Counted from the stretch's first letter, positions 20,618-30,880 are shown. The stretch is DNA of 64,000 bases from an uncultured delta proteobacterium (GCA_963787125.1 CAWBBV010000018.1:15188-79187), one strand, 5' to 3'. Program-made: numbers and translations. The notes: generated from the letters alone by a model not told the origin.

Positions 20618-20918
20618 CATTTTCAGGAAAAGTCTGGTGCTTCAACAGGGGTTGTGTCTCCAAAGCACAATTTTAATTTTGGAGACGCGGCCCCCGTTAT
20701 TTGCTGGCCCCCATTATTTGCTTAAGCAGACAGGAGTGTGCTGAAGCAGAGCATTTGTTTTGTGCAAAGTGGAATTGTATTATTTGAATATTCCATCCAA
20801 TGAATTTAGCAGTGAGCATCAAACTGCCACTAGTTGCATTTATCCGGATTATGTTCTGCTATTATCCGGATTTTATGCTTACTAAAGATACACATCTGCT
20901 GAAATAATTGAGGTTGTG

Positions 20919-23165
20919 ATGTCCAGACTTCTGTCCATAATTATCCTTCTACTTACGGTGCAGCCGATAACAGTTCTGGCCGCCCCGTCACCTGCCACTC
21001 CGGAAACGAAGCGGGTGTTAATTCTCTACAGTCTCGACAAGGGACACCCGGCCCATGGTTTGACCGAACAGGGGGTCAGCGAAGCATTGCAGGCGAACCG
21101 GCAGTTCAATGTTCAGCTCTTCAGCGAGTATCTGGATATGGGGCGGTTTCCCGATCCCGGCCAGGCCGGGGCAATGGCCGCTTTTCTGCGGCACAAATAC
21201 AAAGGCTTCAAAATTGACTGCATTATCACTATCTACCCATCCGCAATAGATTTTCTGCAGAATGAGGGGCGGGACTTTTTTCCTGACGTGCCGATAGTTG
21301 CCAGTGAGGTTTCTCGCAGTTACGCCGCGAAGCTGGAAAATTCTTCGCTGCGCCAGCGTCTTACCGCTACCATTATGGGAGAAAATATTGCCGGCGTGCT
21401 GGATGCGGCCCTGCGGATGAGGCCGGCTACGAAGCGGATTGCTCTGGTAGCCGGAGTTTCACCACTTGACCTGTATAATAACCAGATAATCCGTGACGGC
21501 CTGAAGCGGTATCCTGTTACCTTCGAACAGATCGATCTGACTCAGCTTTCCATGACGGAAACCCTGACTCGGGTGAGCAAGCTCCCGAGCGACACCATTA
21601 TCTTCTACACGAGCATAATCAAGGACGCTGCCGGCGAGAGCTTCGCTCCAAGGGCGGCACTCATCCAGGTCTCTAAGGCTGCCAGTGCTCCAGTCTTCAG
21701 CCTCTATGACACCTATCTCGGTCACGGCATCGTTGGCGGCAGACTCGTCAGTTTTGAGATGCAGGGGAAGACTGCTGCTACACTGGCGTTGCGGATCATG
21801 GCCGGCGAATCACCTGCGGCCATACCTTTTGGTGGTGATGACGCTTATGTTGATCACTACGACTGGCGGGAACTCACACGCTGGCATATCCCGCTTGACG
21901 CCATTCCTGCCGGCGCCGGGATCATCTATCGGCAGCTGACTCTTTGGGAAGAGTACCACTGGTTTGTCATCGGGGCGATTTCTCTGGCAACGGTGGAGGC
22001 GGGCCTCATTATCGTGCTCGTCATAAATCTCAGGCGCCGGAAAAAGGCTGAACAGGAACTGAGCGAAAGCCGGACTCAACTGAATCTCGCCGTTGAATCC
22101 GCAGCTGCGGGACTCTGGAGTCTCGATATGGAAACCGGTCGATTCTGGACTACAGACAAGACCCTGGTAATGTATGGTTTTCTGCCGGGAGAAATGGTTA
22201 ATCGAGAAAGCTTCCTGGCAATAGTCCATGCTGATGACCGGGAACTGGTTGTGCATACCATGGACAATGCGGTTCAGACCCGGATGCCGTTTAATCTGGA
22301 ATACCGGATTACCCTCCCTGACGGAACTGTTCGATGGCTGGCTGTCAGAGGGTGCTTTAGCCCAAAGCCGGAAATGGCGGTCGGCCTTGCGGGCGCCGCC
22401 GTCGATATCACCGAGCGCAAACAGCTGGAGCTCGACCTCCAGCAAAAGCGCAACGAGTTGACCCACGTTGCCCGCGTCTCCATGGTGGGACAGCTTGCCT
22501 CTACGCTTGCCCATGAATTGAACCAACCCCTCGGCGCCATTCTGCGCAATGCGGAGGCGGCTGAGCTTTTCCTGCAGGACCCGGCACCTGACCTTGACGA
22601 ACTGCGTGCTATCATGGCAGACATTCGCAAGGACGACCAGCGTGCCGGCGAGGTGATCGACCGGATGCGCGGCTTGATGAAGCAGCGTAAAGCCGAGCAT
22701 TGCCCTCTCGACCTAAACCACTTGACGGGCGAGGTCATTGCCTTGGTGCAGGCAGATGCCAGAAAGCGCCATGTGCGGTTGACTCTGGATTTCGACACGG
22801 CCCTGCCACCCGTTCAATGTGACCTGGTGCAGTTGCAGCAGGTCTTGATCAATCTGCTGCTCAACGCCTTTGATTCACTTGAAGATAATCTGCCGGAGAG
22901 CCCTCTTGTTACTGTGTCGGTAAGGCCTGCGGGCGCAAAGGTTGAAATTGCGGTGAGTGACAACGGTTCCGGCATTGCGCCGGACAATATGCAACAGATT
23001 TTCAGCCCCTTCTTCACTTCCAAAACCAGCGGTCTGGGGATGGGGCTGGCTATTTCCCGAGGTATCGTTGAAGCTCACGGTGGGCAGCTCCGGGCAGAAA
23101 ACAACGAGTCTGGCGGGGCGATCTTCACAATTTCTCTGCCAGTGGTGCAAGGCAACATGTCATGA
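20919..23165 (+). CDS. sensor histidine kinase (periplasmic binding-protein-like domain, TM, PAS, HisKA, HATPase)
   Basis: LAHELNQPL H-box, NLLLNA N-box, DNGSG, FFTSK, GLGMGL. Confidence 0.93.
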   Translation: MSRLLSIIILLLTVQPITVLAAPSPATPETKRVLILYSLDKGHPAHGLTEQGVSEALQANRQFNVQLFSEYLDMGRFPDPGQAGAMAAFLRHKYKGFKIDCIITIYPSAIDFLQNEGRDFFPDVPIVASEVSRSYAAKLENSSLRQRLTATIMGENIAGVLDAALRMRPATKRIALVAGVSPLDLYNNQIIRDGLKRYPVTFEQIDLTQLSMTETLTRVSKLPSDTIIFYTSIIKDAAGESFAPRAALIQVSKAASAPVFSLYDTYLGHGIVGGRLVSFEMQGKTAATLALRIMAGESPAAIPFGGDDAYVDHYDWRELTRWHIPLDAIPAGAGIIYRQLTLWEEYHWFVIGAISLATVEAGLIIVLVINLRRRKKAEQELSESRTQLNLAVESAAAGLWSLDMETGRFWTTDKTLVMYGFLPGEMVNRESFLAIVHADDRELVVHTMDNAVQTRMPFNLEYRITLPDGTVRWLAVRGCFSPKPEMAVGLAGAAVDITERKQLELDLQQKRNELTHVARVSMVGQLASTLAHELNQPLGAILRNAEAAELFLQDPAPDLDELRAIMADIRKDDQRAGEVIDRMRGLMKQRKAEHCPLDLNHLTGEVIALVQADARKRHVRLTLDFDTALPPVQCDLVQLQQVLINLLLNAFDSLEDNLPESPLVTVSVRPAGAKVEIAVSDNGSGIAPDNMQQIFSPFFTSKTSGLGMGLAISRGIVEAHGGQLRAENNESGGAIFTISLPVVQGNMS

Positions 23166-23782
23166 GTGAATCAGTTCCCCTTGTACGGATTGTAGATGAC
23201 GACGCTTCTTTTCTGACAGCGGTTGCCAGAATGTTGCGCGCCGCCGGTTTCCAGGTGAAGACATTTACATCGGCAACTGAGTTTCTGCGCCAACCGGAAC
23301 TTGACCAGCCCGGGTGCGTCATTGTTGATCTGCAAATGCCCGGCTTAAGCGGGCTTGAACTGCAGGCAGCGCTCGCGAAACTGGGATACGCGTTACCGGT
23401 CATTTTCCTCACCGGTCAGGGCGATATTCCGACGACCGTGCAGGCAATGCGGCTGGGTGCGGAGGATTTTCTGACAAAACTTGCCCCGAAAGAGGCTTTG
23501 CTTGACGCAGTGAACCGGGCGATCAGCCGCGATGAGCGCGAGCGAACAGAACGTTCACGACTGGAACTTTTACAGGCGCGCTTCAGCACCATCACCCCGC
23601 GTGAAAGCGAAGTGTTGCAGCATGTTGTCCAGGGCAAGCTGAACAAACAGATAGCTGCTGATCTGGGCATCCATGAACGCACGGTAAAACTCCATCGTAC
23701 CGCCATAAAAAACAAGTTTAATGTCTACTCGACCGCAGAATTAACGAAGTTGTGGCTGGAGCTCGGCGACCACAACGCGTAG
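23162..23782 (+). CDS. FixJ/LuxR-family response regulator
   Basis: VDDD, DLQMPG, LNKQIAADLGIHERTVKLHR HTH; ATGA overlap with the kinase. Confidence 0.93.
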   Translation: MSESVPLVRIVDDDASFLTAVARMLRAAGFQVKTFTSATEFLRQPELDQPGCVIVDLQMPGLSGLELQAALAKLGYALPVIFLTGQGDIPTTVQAMRLGAEDFLTKLAPKEALLDAVNRAISRDERERTERSRLELLQARFSTITPRESEVLQHVVQGKLNKQIAADLGIHERTVKLHRTAIKNKFNVYSTAELTKLWLELGDHNA

Positions 23783-23805
23783 TCCAAAACCGCTCACCAA
23801 CCTTA

Positions 23806-23825
23806 CCCTGAGCGGAGTCGAAGGG
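23806..23825. repeat. single REP-like short repeat unit
   Basis: CCCTGAGCGGAGTCGAAGGG resembles a widespread intergenic short repeat (recognised from memory); only one copy seen in this window. Confidence 0.4.
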
Positions 23826-23905
23826 CTCCCACCCACATCCCGTCTGTTCCTACCTTCCCTAAAGGGCAGCTATACAAAAACTTTTAGTGTGTTATTGCTA
23901 ATAGT

Positions 23906-24292
23906 ATGAATAGTGCCCGCAATATCTATATCGCTGTTATTGATGATGATTCCAGCGTCTGCCTTGCCATGAGCAGACTACTGCGGGCCGCTGGCTATCA
24001 GCCCATATCTTATGGCTCGGCTGAAAATTTCCTTACGGATACGCATCGGCCGAAATTTGCCTGCCTGGTGCTCGATATCCAGCTCAACGGCATGTCCGGG
24101 CTTGAGCTGCGGTCACGGCTCATCGCCGTCAAGGATGTTACCCCGGTGGTCTTTATCACGGCGCAAGACAATCCGGAAATACGCGCACAGGCCGAGGCTG
24201 CTGCCTGTGCCGGCTACTTCCGTAAAACCGACTCGGGCAGTGATGTTCTTGCGGCCATCAATCGTGCGGTCGGGCCGGTGTCAGGTAGATGA
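23906..24292 (+). CDS. single-domain response regulator (receiver)
   Basis: IDDD, LDIQL, FITA, FRK; no output domain. Confidence 0.88.
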   Translation: MNSARNIYIAVIDDDSSVCLAMSRLLRAAGYQPISYGSAENFLTDTHRPKFACLVLDIQLNGMSGLELRSRLIAVKDVTPVVFITAQDNPEIRAQAEAAACAGYFRKTDSGSDVLAAINRAVGPVSGR

Positions 24293-24314
24293 AGTTTTTT
24301 CAGGAAAGAAACCT

Positions 24315-25628
24315 ATGACCGAAACAACCCTGACAACCAGCGGCTTTCTTTTTCGCGGCAAGCCGGTGCGGCGGGTGCATGTGATGGTGAAGCCGACCGG
24401 TGCGCGCTGCAATCTGGACTGCACCTATTGCTACTACCTCTCCAAAGAGCAGCTTCTGGGGAAGCCTGAACAGCTGTGCATCAGCGACGAACTGCTGGAA
24501 GAGTTCATTCGTCAGTATTTCACCAGCCAGAACCATAAAGAGGTGGTTTTTTCCTGGCAGGGGGGGGAGCCGACCCTGTTGGGGATCGACTTCTTCCGCA
24601 AGGTTGTCGCCCTGGAAAAGCAGTACTGTCCGCCTCATGTCCGCTGTGAAAACGATCTCCAGACGAACGGCACCCTGCTTGATGACGACTGGTGCACGTT
24701 TCTCAATGACGAGAACTTTCTCGTCGGTCTCTCCATCGATGGACCGAAGGAACTGCACGATGCCTACCGCAAAGACAACGCCGGTAAGGGGAGTTTTGAC
24801 CGCGTTTTCAACGCCGCCAGACTGCTGCGCAAGCACAAGGTCAACTTTGCCGTGCTCTGCTGTGTCAACAACCTTACTGCAAAAAAGCCGCTGGAAGTCT
24901 ACCGCTTCCTCCGTGACCAGGTGGGGGCGCAGCGTATTCAGTTCATTCCGGTGGTCGAGCCGGTGAACTTTCGCCAAGTCGCCCCCCAGCACTGGGATAT
25001 GGAGCAGAAGATGCCGGAAATTGGTTTCCCCCGGGCGAAACCTGGCGGTGCGGACTCCGTCGTTACAGACTGGAGCGTCGATCCCGACGAATGGGGCGAT
25101 TTCCTCTGTCGGGTCTTTGACGAATGGTTTCGCAAGGATCTGGGGACGATTTATGTCAACTACTTCGATGCGGCGGTCGAGACCTGGATGGGTCATATCT
25201 CGCCCCTCTGTACCCAGCAGCCCATGTGCGGCAAGGGGCTGGCGCTGGAGTGTGACGGCTCGGTCTACGCATGCGATCACTATGTTTATCCCGAATATCG
25301 CTCCGGCAATATCAAGGAAAAAACGCTGGCAACAATGGCCTTCTCCGTGCGGCAGGAACAGTTCGGCAAAATGAAAGAGGGTGCGCTACCGCAGCAGTGC
25401 CGCGCTTGTGACTACCAGTTCACCTGCTTCGGTGAATGCCCCAAGAACCGCTTCATCAAAACCGCTGCTGGTGAAGTCGGGTTGAATTACCTCTGTAGTG
25501 GCTGGCACACGTTCTTCGCCCACATCGACGAACCGGTGCAGAAGATCGTGCGGAGTCTGGGTGAAACCGTAGCCAAAGAGGCGAGCAAGCGACCCGGCGA
25601 ACATTGGCGACTGGTGAAACAGTCATGA
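24315..25628 (+). CDS. anaerobic sulfatase-maturating enzyme (radical SAM/SPASM)
   Basis: KPTGARCNLDCTYCYYL, WQGGEPTL, QTNGTLLDD, YACDHY, CRAC-x4-CFGECPKNR. Confidence 0.94.
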   Translation: MTETTLTTSGFLFRGKPVRRVHVMVKPTGARCNLDCTYCYYLSKEQLLGKPEQLCISDELLEEFIRQYFTSQNHKEVVFSWQGGEPTLLGIDFFRKVVALEKQYCPPHVRCENDLQTNGTLLDDDWCTFLNDENFLVGLSIDGPKELHDAYRKDNAGKGSFDRVFNAARLLRKHKVNFAVLCCVNNLTAKKPLEVYRFLRDQVGAQRIQFIPVVEPVNFRQVAPQHWDMEQKMPEIGFPRAKPGGADSVVTDWSVDPDEWGDFLCRVFDEWFRKDLGTIYVNYFDAAVETWMGHISPLCTQQPMCGKGLALECDGSVYACDHYVYPEYRSGNIKEKTLATMAFSVRQEQFGKMKEGALPQQCRACDYQFTCFGECPKNRFIKTAAGEVGLNYLCSGWHTFFAHIDEPVQKIVRSLGETVAKEASKRPGEHWRLVKQS

Positions 25629-26380
25629 AATGGGAACAAAAAGAGAGCAGCAACGGCTATGACCGCCTCCAGTTAGAGGTTGACTGGGCAGAACTTGCTG
25701 CCGATTACGTCGACATGGTCGATAAACATGTCAGGATCAAGCTCCCCGGCTTTCGCTCGGGGAAGGTTCCACGGAGCGTTATTGAGCAGCGCTTTCAGGC
25801 TGAAATAAGTAGCGCCCTTTCCCACAGGGCGGCCCAGCGCTTCGGCCTTCAGGCCTTACGCGAGGCCGGCATCAGGGTGCTGGGACCATTGGAGGCGGAA
25901 GAAACTGACTGTGTCAAAGGCCGGCCTTTCCGCGCTTTGCTGCGCTTCTTCCCCATGCCGCAGATAACACTGCCGGATCTCGGTACTCTGGGAGAACCTG
26001 AGTCAGGCGTTGACCTGCGCGACCAGATCTCTCTGCTGCTGCTGGAACTGATCAGCTTCGACCTGCCGGAACAACTAGTAAAAGCGGAACTCGACCGGAG
26101 TGAAACAGACGAAAGCGAACCGGGAAGTGCCGACTGGCAGGCAGCCAGTGACCGGCTCCGGTTGATGCTGATTCTCAAACAGATTGCCCGTAAGGAAGGT
26201 ATCACCGTAGATGCAGCGGACCTGCAAGCGCGAATTGCTGCCAAGGCCGCGGAGTTTGAGACAACCAAAGCTGCTTTGCAGGCAGAACTTGAGCAAGGAG
26301 GCGGGATGGAGCGGCTTAAGGATATGTTGCTCGCCGAGAGTACACTGGAGTACCTGATGGAGAGAAACATGCAGGCGTAA
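25625..26380 (+). CDS. trigger-factor-like protein lacking the FKBP/PPIase domain (251 aa)
   Basis: LPGFRSGKVP ribosome-binding signature followed directly by TF C-domain-like FDLPEQLV...LILKQIARKEGITV; ATGA overlap with the maturase. Confidence 0.8.
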   Translation: MKWEQKESSNGYDRLQLEVDWAELAADYVDMVDKHVRIKLPGFRSGKVPRSVIEQRFQAEISSALSHRAAQRFGLQALREAGIRVLGPLEAEETDCVKGRPFRALLRFFPMPQITLPDLGTLGEPESGVDLRDQISLLLLELISFDLPEQLVKAELDRSETDESEPGSADWQAASDRLRLMLILKQIARKEGITVDAADLQARIAAKAAEFETTKAALQAELEQGGGMERLKDMLLAESTLEYLMERNMQA

Positions 26381-26411
26381 TAAAGTAATTTTTTCAGGCA
26401 GGACAATCAAG

Positions 26412-28231
26412 ATAGTGTCAAAAGTTTCATGAAAAGCCGGGATATTGAAATGGAAAGTACTCGAAAGTAAACGATGCCCTTCATCTGCATCTTTTCCGAG
26501 TCTGTCCAGACTGTGACTTCACTACTTTGTGGTTACTGGCTTGAATTTTGGGCAAGCCACTCTGTGACCAGGCACGTGAGATAGTTGGTCAGATTAAAAC
26601 AACAATCAGTAAATTGATCTTTGAAGACGGGAAGTCAGGCAGCTAGCGAGAGGATCTTGGTCCATCTAGCCTGAATGGTCGGCAGTGCCTTCAACTCCTG
26701 CAAAGGCACCGGTGGTAGATATTTTAGCGACATGTGAGGCCTGAGGAAGTTGTAGTGGGTCACAAACAGCGTAGTTAAAGATACCGCACCGTTTGTGCTG
26801 TTGAATCCTGCTGCTGGCCTTACATGATACTTGAAGGTTCTGTTGAGCCGCTCAACGAGCTGCTTGAAGGATCTGTACTCTTCGGACTCGGCATCAAGGT
26901 TTTGGAGGCCAATAACCTTTTTGTGCTGAATCGTCTGGGAATCATCAGTCTGGGCATTGATGAAATGAATGCCAGCTGGATAAGAAGGGTTTCCGTCGCT
27001 GACAAGGGTTATTTGCTGATCGGCAGAAGCAGTCCTGATGGCTTCATTCATAGCGATAATGGCAGGCTGAGTGCCCCTGTTATCGGCCACGTGATAGGCG
27101 GAGATTTTCAGGTTCTTTGCCGAGATAAAAAAGAAGACATAATGGTGCTTGCCCAGGATCTTGATGTAGGTCTCATCACCTGCAGAGATATTATCGATAT
27201 GGCCTTTATGCTTGAGATTGAATCGGTGGCAGTGCCAGGCGGCGCCAGCGGCATAATTGAGAACTGTCTGATGAGAAACCTTGATACAGAAGACTTCGCG
27301 CAGGATTTGAGCAGTTTTTCTGGCCGGAACGGCGAATGAAACATAGAAAGTCAGAATCAGGCCAAGCACGTTTTCGCTGTTATGGATTCTCGCCAGTTCG
27401 ACCGGCGGTTTGTCCGGAGAAGAGAGTTCCAACTCTTCCGGTTTGTAGTGATATTCGCGGTACTGGTAGTTGATTTTGAACTGAGAACTTTTCTTTTTCA
27501 TCAGCTCTTTCTCGGCTTTATTGAGCTTGGCAAGCGCCTGGATACGGTGAGGACAGTTATCATTTGGGCACTTGTGGATGGTCACTTCCTTTTGCGACTT
27601 CCACCTGAAGAGAGCCAGCCCGCAATGGGGACAGAAGAGCTTTGACTTTCTGTTGGTTCTGAAGCGCTGTTGGAGTTGGAAGAGTTGAGAGCAAACCTTG
27701 CAGAGAACTTGAGAGCGCTTCTTTCCGTCGTTGAAGTAGAGATAAGTATTTGGCGCTCCGCAGCAGGGACAGGTGACATGCACTGGAACCGGTGATGAAC
27801 CCGCCCGGAGCTTGACCGGAGCAAGAGACTTTCCGTGAAGTGTTTCGTACTCAATCAGGAGTTGCCGGTAGTCTTTTTGATCGAGGTCTTTTTTTTAAAC
27901 TTTGGGGGCTCAGTCAGTGGCGGCTTGGGATCGACAATAAAGTTTCTGTAGTTCGGATGTTTCTCTTTGAAATCGTCCTTTGGCTTAACTTCAGGATTAC
28001 GATTTTCGAGGACATCTGACAACCCGACGACGATCTGTTCAATCTCGGTCTTTGTAAACTTGGAGCAAATCCAGACAACAAACCGGGCAGTTTTGGATAG
28101 GTACGACATGAGCTAGCCCTCCATAACTGGCATTCTTAACCAGAATCACGGGGGGAGGCAAGACTTTGATTGGTAATGCATTGAAATTAGAACTGAAAAG
28201 CAAAAAGACATGTCAAGAAGTTTGACACAAC
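26412..28231 (-). mobile_element. insertion sequence (IS6/IS240-like DDE transposase), 1820 bp
   Basis: Imperfect terminal IRs ATAGTGTCAAA / TTTGACACAAC; flanking 10-bp direct repeat GACAATCAAG at 26402-26411 and 28232-28241. Confidence 0.85.
26635..28109 (-). CDS. DDE transposase expressed by probable -1 frameshift (orfA 28109-27855 joined to orfB frame ending 26635)
   Basis: Zn-finger CxxC pairs, GDETYIK, SDGNPSY, ERLNRTFK; in-frame slippery A_AAA_AAG at 27894-27888 links the two frames. Confidence 0.8.
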
Positions 28232-28257
28232 GACAATCAAGTAAAGGAGGTAATATT

Positions 28258-29910
28258 ATGAAAAAAACTGCAGGATTAGCAGAAAAGGCCACCAAGTGGG
28301 CGTCAGTCGGCTGTGTGTTGGCCGGGTTCACGCTCTGCCTGGCAGCTGCGCCGCAGAAGGCAGCGGCGGCTACCAAGGACGAAAAACCGAACATCGTCGT
28401 CATCATGGGTGATGATATCGGTTGGTCCAACATCGGCGTCTACAACCAGGGGCTGATGTCCGGGCGGACGCCGAACCTCGACAAGATGGCTGGCGAAGGG
28501 ATGCGTTTTACCGACTACTATGCTGAAGCAAGCTGCACAGCAGGCCGAGCCAACTTTGTTACCGGTGAGATTCCAATGCGCACCGGCATGGTTACCGTCG
28601 GTCAGGCCGGTTCGCCCATCGGCTTGCCAGCCCAGGCCATGACTGTTGCTACAGCGCTGAAGGATCTGGGCTATGCCACCGGCCAGTTTGGCAAAAACCA
28701 TCTTGGTGACCTGAACGAATTCCTCCCTACAGTACACGGCTTTGACGAGTTCTTCGGTTATCTCTACCACCTGGACGCCATGGAAGACCCGGCACACCCC
28801 GCCTATCCGCAGGAGCTGCTGGACAAGGTCGGCCCGCGCAACATGGTTCACTCATGGGCTTCAGACGTGGATGATCCGACGGTAATGCCGCGCTGGGGAA
28901 AGGTCGGCAAGCAGAAGATTGAAGACGCCGGCACTCTCTATCCCAAGCGGATGGAGACCGTAGACGACGAAATTCTTGATCTTACCCTCAAATTCATGGA
29001 TAAGGCCAAGGCAGATGGCAAACCGTTTTTTGTCTGGCTCAACCCGACCCGCATGCACATCGTCACCCATCTTTCTCCCAAATATGAGGCACTGCGCAAC
29101 TCCAAGAACGGCTGGAGCATTCACGAAGCCGGTATGGCACAGTTTGACGATATCGTCGGCGATGTCATGAAGAAACTGAAAGAGATGAAGGTGGATGACA
29201 ACACCATCGTCATGGTTACCACTGACAACGGCACCGAAACCTTCACCTGGCCCGACGGCGGCAACACACCGTTCAAGGGGCAGAAAGGGACCGGCTATGA
29301 AGGCGGTTTCCGCGCACCGGCGATTATCCGCTGGCCGGGCAAAGTACCGGCCGGCAAGGTGGAGAACGGCATTATCTCCGGCCTTGACTGGCTGCCGACT
29401 TTTGTCGCTGCTGCCGGCAACCCGAACATCAAGGAAGAGCTGCTCAAAGGCAAAACGGTTGGTGACCGGACCTACAAGAATCATCTTGACGGTTACAACC
29501 AGCTGGACATGATTACCGGCAAAGGACCGTCGAATCGTCACGAACTCTTCTACTTCACAGAAAGCAATCTTGCCGCAGTCCGGATCGACGACTTCAAGTA
29601 TCAATTCATCGTTCAGCCCGGTGGTTGGCTTGGTGCCAAGATTCATCCAGACGCGCCGCTGATCACGAACCTGCGCCTGGACCCTTTTGAGCGACTCGGT
29701 ATGCCTGAGAATGGTTCTCTCAACGGTTCACTGAATTATTTCTCCTGGTTCCAATATGAATTCTGGCGCTTCGTTTTTGCTCAGCAGGCAGTGGCCAAGC
29801 TGGCCATGACGGGCCTGGAATACCCGCCGATGCAGAAAGGGGCGAGCTTTGGTCTGGAGGCGGTAAAAGCGAAGATCGAAGAAGCCATGAGAACACACGC
29901 AGGACAGTAG
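28258..29910 (+). CDS. Cys-type arylsulfatase with CxAxR motif
   Basis: IMGDDIG, SCTAGRANFVTG, FGKNHLGD, TTDNG, EGGFRAP; signal peptide; AAGGAGG RBS. Confidence 0.92.
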   Translation: MKKTAGLAEKATKWASVGCVLAGFTLCLAAAPQKAAAATKDEKPNIVVIMGDDIGWSNIGVYNQGLMSGRTPNLDKMAGEGMRFTDYYAEASCTAGRANFVTGEIPMRTGMVTVGQAGSPIGLPAQAMTVATALKDLGYATGQFGKNHLGDLNEFLPTVHGFDEFFGYLYHLDAMEDPAHPAYPQELLDKVGPRNMVHSWASDVDDPTVMPRWGKVGKQKIEDAGTLYPKRMETVDDEILDLTLKFMDKAKADGKPFFVWLNPTRMHIVTHLSPKYEALRNSKNGWSIHEAGMAQFDDIVGDVMKKLKEMKVDDNTIVMVTTDNGTETFTWPDGGNTPFKGQKGTGYEGGFRAPAIIRWPGKVPAGKVENGIISGLDWLPTFVAAAGNPNIKEELLKGKTVGDRTYKNHLDGYNQLDMITGKGPSNRHELFYFTESNLAAVRIDDFKYQFIVQPGGWLGAKIHPDAPLITNLRLDPFERLGMPENGSLNGSLNYFSWFQYEFWRFVFAQQAVAKLAMTGLEYPPMQKGASFGLEAVKAKIEEAMRTHAGQ

Positions 29911-29929
29911 TCAAGCTGTTTTACTTCAG

Positions 29930-29958
29930 CGGGCGGCTCTCAGAGCCGCCCGTTTTTT
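29930..29958 (+). terminator. intrinsic terminator
   Basis: GGGCGGCTCT-C-AGAGCCGCCC followed by T run. Confidence 0.75.
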
Positions 29959-30008
29959 ATCTAATAGCAGTGCATTGTCTAAAACTAAGTGTAGGAGGGA
30001 GAATACAC

Positions 30009-30806
30009 ATGAGACTTCACCGACTTTTCCTTGCCCAGTTTATGGTCATTGTGCTGTTGATTCTCACGCAATCGGTCGCCATTGCCGCCGAGTCCGATGA
30101 AGAACTGGCAAAAAAGACCCAGAACCCGGTTGCCAACCTGATCAGTGTGCCGTTTCAGTCCAACTGGGATTTCAACATCGGCCCCAAGGAAGACAGTAGT
30201 AATTATCTGCTGAATGTGCAGCCGGTTATTCCGGTCTCACTGGGACAGGATTATAATCTGATTCTCCGCACCATTCTGCCGCTCAAGGCTAACGAGTTTC
30301 CGGAGTCAGTCGGCGGCTTGGGCGATGTACTGCAGAGTTTTTTCATCTCCCCCAAGGCCGAACTCAATGGCTGGATTGTCGGTGCCGGGCCGGTGCTGCT
30401 TTATCCGACCGCCACCGACGAGACTCTCGGCGGTCGTAAGTGGGGTGCCGGGCCGACCGCCGTCTTCCTCAAGCAGCAGAGTGGCTTTACTTTCGGTCTG
30501 CTCGGCAACCATCTCTGGTCGTACGCCGGAAATAGTGACCGTCGCGAAGTTAACGCTACTTTCCTCCAGCCGTTCCTCTCCTTCACCACCAAGACTTATA
30601 CCACCTTTGGCGTCAATACGGAATCGACCTACAACTGGACGCGCAGCCAGTGGACCGTACCGATCAACGCCACCATAAGCCAGTTGCTCAAGATCGGTGG
30701 CCAGCCCCTGCAACTGCAACTGGGCTATCGTTACTATGCAGAAGCGCCGACCAATGGGCCGGACTCGGGTATTAGGTTCCAGGTGTCATTTTTGTTTCCG
30801 AAGTAA
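30009..30806 (+). CDS. outer-membrane beta-barrel/porin-like protein
   Basis: Signal peptide, ELAKKTQNPVANLISVP, amphipathic strands, C-terminal FLFPK. Confidence 0.8.
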   Translation: MRLHRLFLAQFMVIVLLILTQSVAIAAESDEELAKKTQNPVANLISVPFQSNWDFNIGPKEDSSNYLLNVQPVIPVSLGQDYNLILRTILPLKANEFPESVGGLGDVLQSFFISPKAELNGWIVGAGPVLLYPTATDETLGGRKWGAGPTAVFLKQQSGFTFGLLGNHLWSYAGNSDRREVNATFLQPFLSFTTKTYTTFGVNTESTYNWTRSQWTVPINATISQLLKIGGQPLQLQLGYRYYAEAPTNGPDSGIRFQVSFLFPK

Positions 30807-30880
30807 GCCATCAGTGTCAATCGGTTCGATGAATTATTTTTTGGCTGAGTAAGCAGCCAATCACCTATAGAGAGGTCACC

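Noticed and set aside
24012..24314. N-terminal extensions in the ORF track (anSME from 24012, sulfatase from 28210, RT from 62412, MscS from 41569)
   Set aside because: They overlap other genes, IS ends or intron RNA domains; downstream ATGs fit family starts better, most with a visible RBS
28222..28256. Hybrid promoter from the outward-facing TTGACA in the IS end driving the sulfatase
   Set aside because: The nearest -10-like hexamer (TAATAT) is 23 nt away; 17 nt downstream is the RBS
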